64,000 bases of DNA from an uncultured delta proteobacterium (lineage in GTDB: Bacteria > Myxococcota_A > Polyangia > Polyangiales > Polyangiaceae), in NCBI GenBank assembly GCA_963841435.1, contig CAWJCS010000003.1:672001-736000 (forward strand), read 5' to 3'. The notes beneath the pieces are model-generated. The model was not told the origin of the DNA and searched no databases. It was given only the letters and a program-made list of their open reading frames with translations. The position numbers were made by a program, and so were the translations under genes. Of the stretch, positions 63,043 through 64,000 are shown one piece after another; within the stretch, counting starts at the first letter, position 1; each line of letters begins with the position of its first letter.

Positions 63043-63078
63043 GTCGGCGCCGCCTCCCGACGTCCCACCAGACCCCGC

Positions 63079-64000
63079 TCAGGGAGGGAGGACGGTGAAC
63101 GTCGCGCGTTGCCGAATGTCGCTGGAGGAGGCGCCGAGCAACACCTCGTAGGAGCCTTCATCGACGACGCTGCGCCTGCTCTGGGTGTCGTAGTGAGCAA
63201 GGTCCGAGACGGAGAGCTCGATGGATACGTGGGTCGTCGCCCCGGGGGCGACGGTCACGCGACGAAACGCTCGTAGTGCCTCGTGCGGGCCGCGCGGTGG
63301 TCGCACGTAGACTTGGGCGACTTCGGAGCCGGCGCGTGGTCCGGTGTTCGCGATGTCGAACTCGATTCCGAGCCTGCCGTCCTCTGCAACCGACAGAGTG
63401 GAGAGCGCCATGTTCTCGTAACGAAAGCTCGTGAACGAGAGGCCGTGCCCGAACGGGAATGCGGGAGCTTTTTCGAGATACATGTACGTACGCCCCTTGC
63501 GTACGTCGTAGTCGTCCATGGGCGGCAGGTCGGCGAGCGACGCGTAGAACGTGATGGGCAATTTGCCCGACGGGTTGGTATCTCCGAACAGAACCTCGGC
63601 AATCGCGGTCCCGGCGTCTTGGCCCGCGTACCATGCTTGCAGGATGGCTGGCGCGCTCCGCTCGCGGGCGCTGAGCACGAGCGGGTTTCCGCTCTGGAGA
63701 ACGAGTACCGTGCGAGGATTGGCTGCGCGCACGGCATCGAAAAGCTTCGACTGATCCTCGGGGAGCGCGAGAGAAGGAAAATCCTTCTCCTCGTCCGCAG
63801 CGAGTGCGTTGACGCCCGCGAAGAAGACGACGGCATCGGCTTCACGAGCCGCCTTGATCGCGTCCCGCGTCCCGTTCTCGACGAACGCGTACGAGAAGTG
63901 GAGCTCTGCGCCGCCCCCGTTCTCGTAGAATTCGAGCACGATGTCGTAGGAGCGACCTGCTTTCAGGGTCGTCACCACGCCCCGAGCCCTGGGAGCGTGA
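63079..64000 (-). CDS. GH3 beta-glucosidase/xylosidase, C-terminal part (PA14 insert, Fn3-like); N-terminus outside the window
   Basis: LEFYENGGGA, AWYAGQ, NPSGKLPITFY, FPFGHGLSFTSF, SEVAQVY. Confidence 0.93.
   Translation of the reverse strand, partial: HAPRARGVVTTLKAGRSYDIVLEFYENGGGAELHFSYAFVENGTRDAIKAAREADAVVFFAGVNALAADEEKDFPSLALPEDQSKLFDAVRAANPRTVLVLQSGNPLVLSARERSAPAILQAWYAGQDAGTAIAEVLFGDTNPSGKLPITFYASLADLPPMDDYDVRKGRTYMYLEKAPAFPFGHGLSFTSFRYENMALSTLSVAEDGRLGIEFDIANTGPRAGSEVAQVYVRPPRGPHEALRAFRRVTVAPGATTHVSIELSVSDLAHYDTQSRRSVVDEGSYEVLLGASSSDIRQRATFTVLPP

Overview
GC-rich (roughly 70%) bacterial window, very probably from a soil myxobacterium (Myxococcota, Polyangiaceae-like). The evidence is MYXO-CTERM-like tails, Myxococcus-type Cys-rich repeats, a fibro-slime protein and many lipoproteins with long Gly/Ala/Ser/Thr linkers. 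It holds about 50 genes. I found no rRNA, tRNA, CRISPR array or intact mobile element. The main theme is surface-anchored plant-cell-wall enzymes: 2 PL9, GH43, GH11, GH45, 2 GH3, 4 CE1-like esterases, 2 DUF1080, a PQQ sugar dehydrogenase and an arylsulfotransferase. These are interspersed with katG (with an OxyR-type box), selO, GST, a desaturase, a cytochrome c and two hybrid histidine kinases. The best candidate for an undescribed system is at 37.5-43.0 kb: an outer-membrane barrel, an ECF sigma, an anti-sigma-like protein and a coupled GH3 lipoprotein whose active-site residues are substituted (SDW->SEW, KH->QH, DG->NG), suggesting a sugar-sensing pseudoenzyme. Many intergenic gaps contain gene remnants (GH11, arylsulfotransferase, DUF4833, TrxB, ECF sigma, nucleotidyltransferase, BtuF-like, IS66). 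About ten frameshifts are each repaired by removing one + strand A, so they are most likely sequencing or assembly errors. All family calls come from motif recognition by eye; no database search was run.
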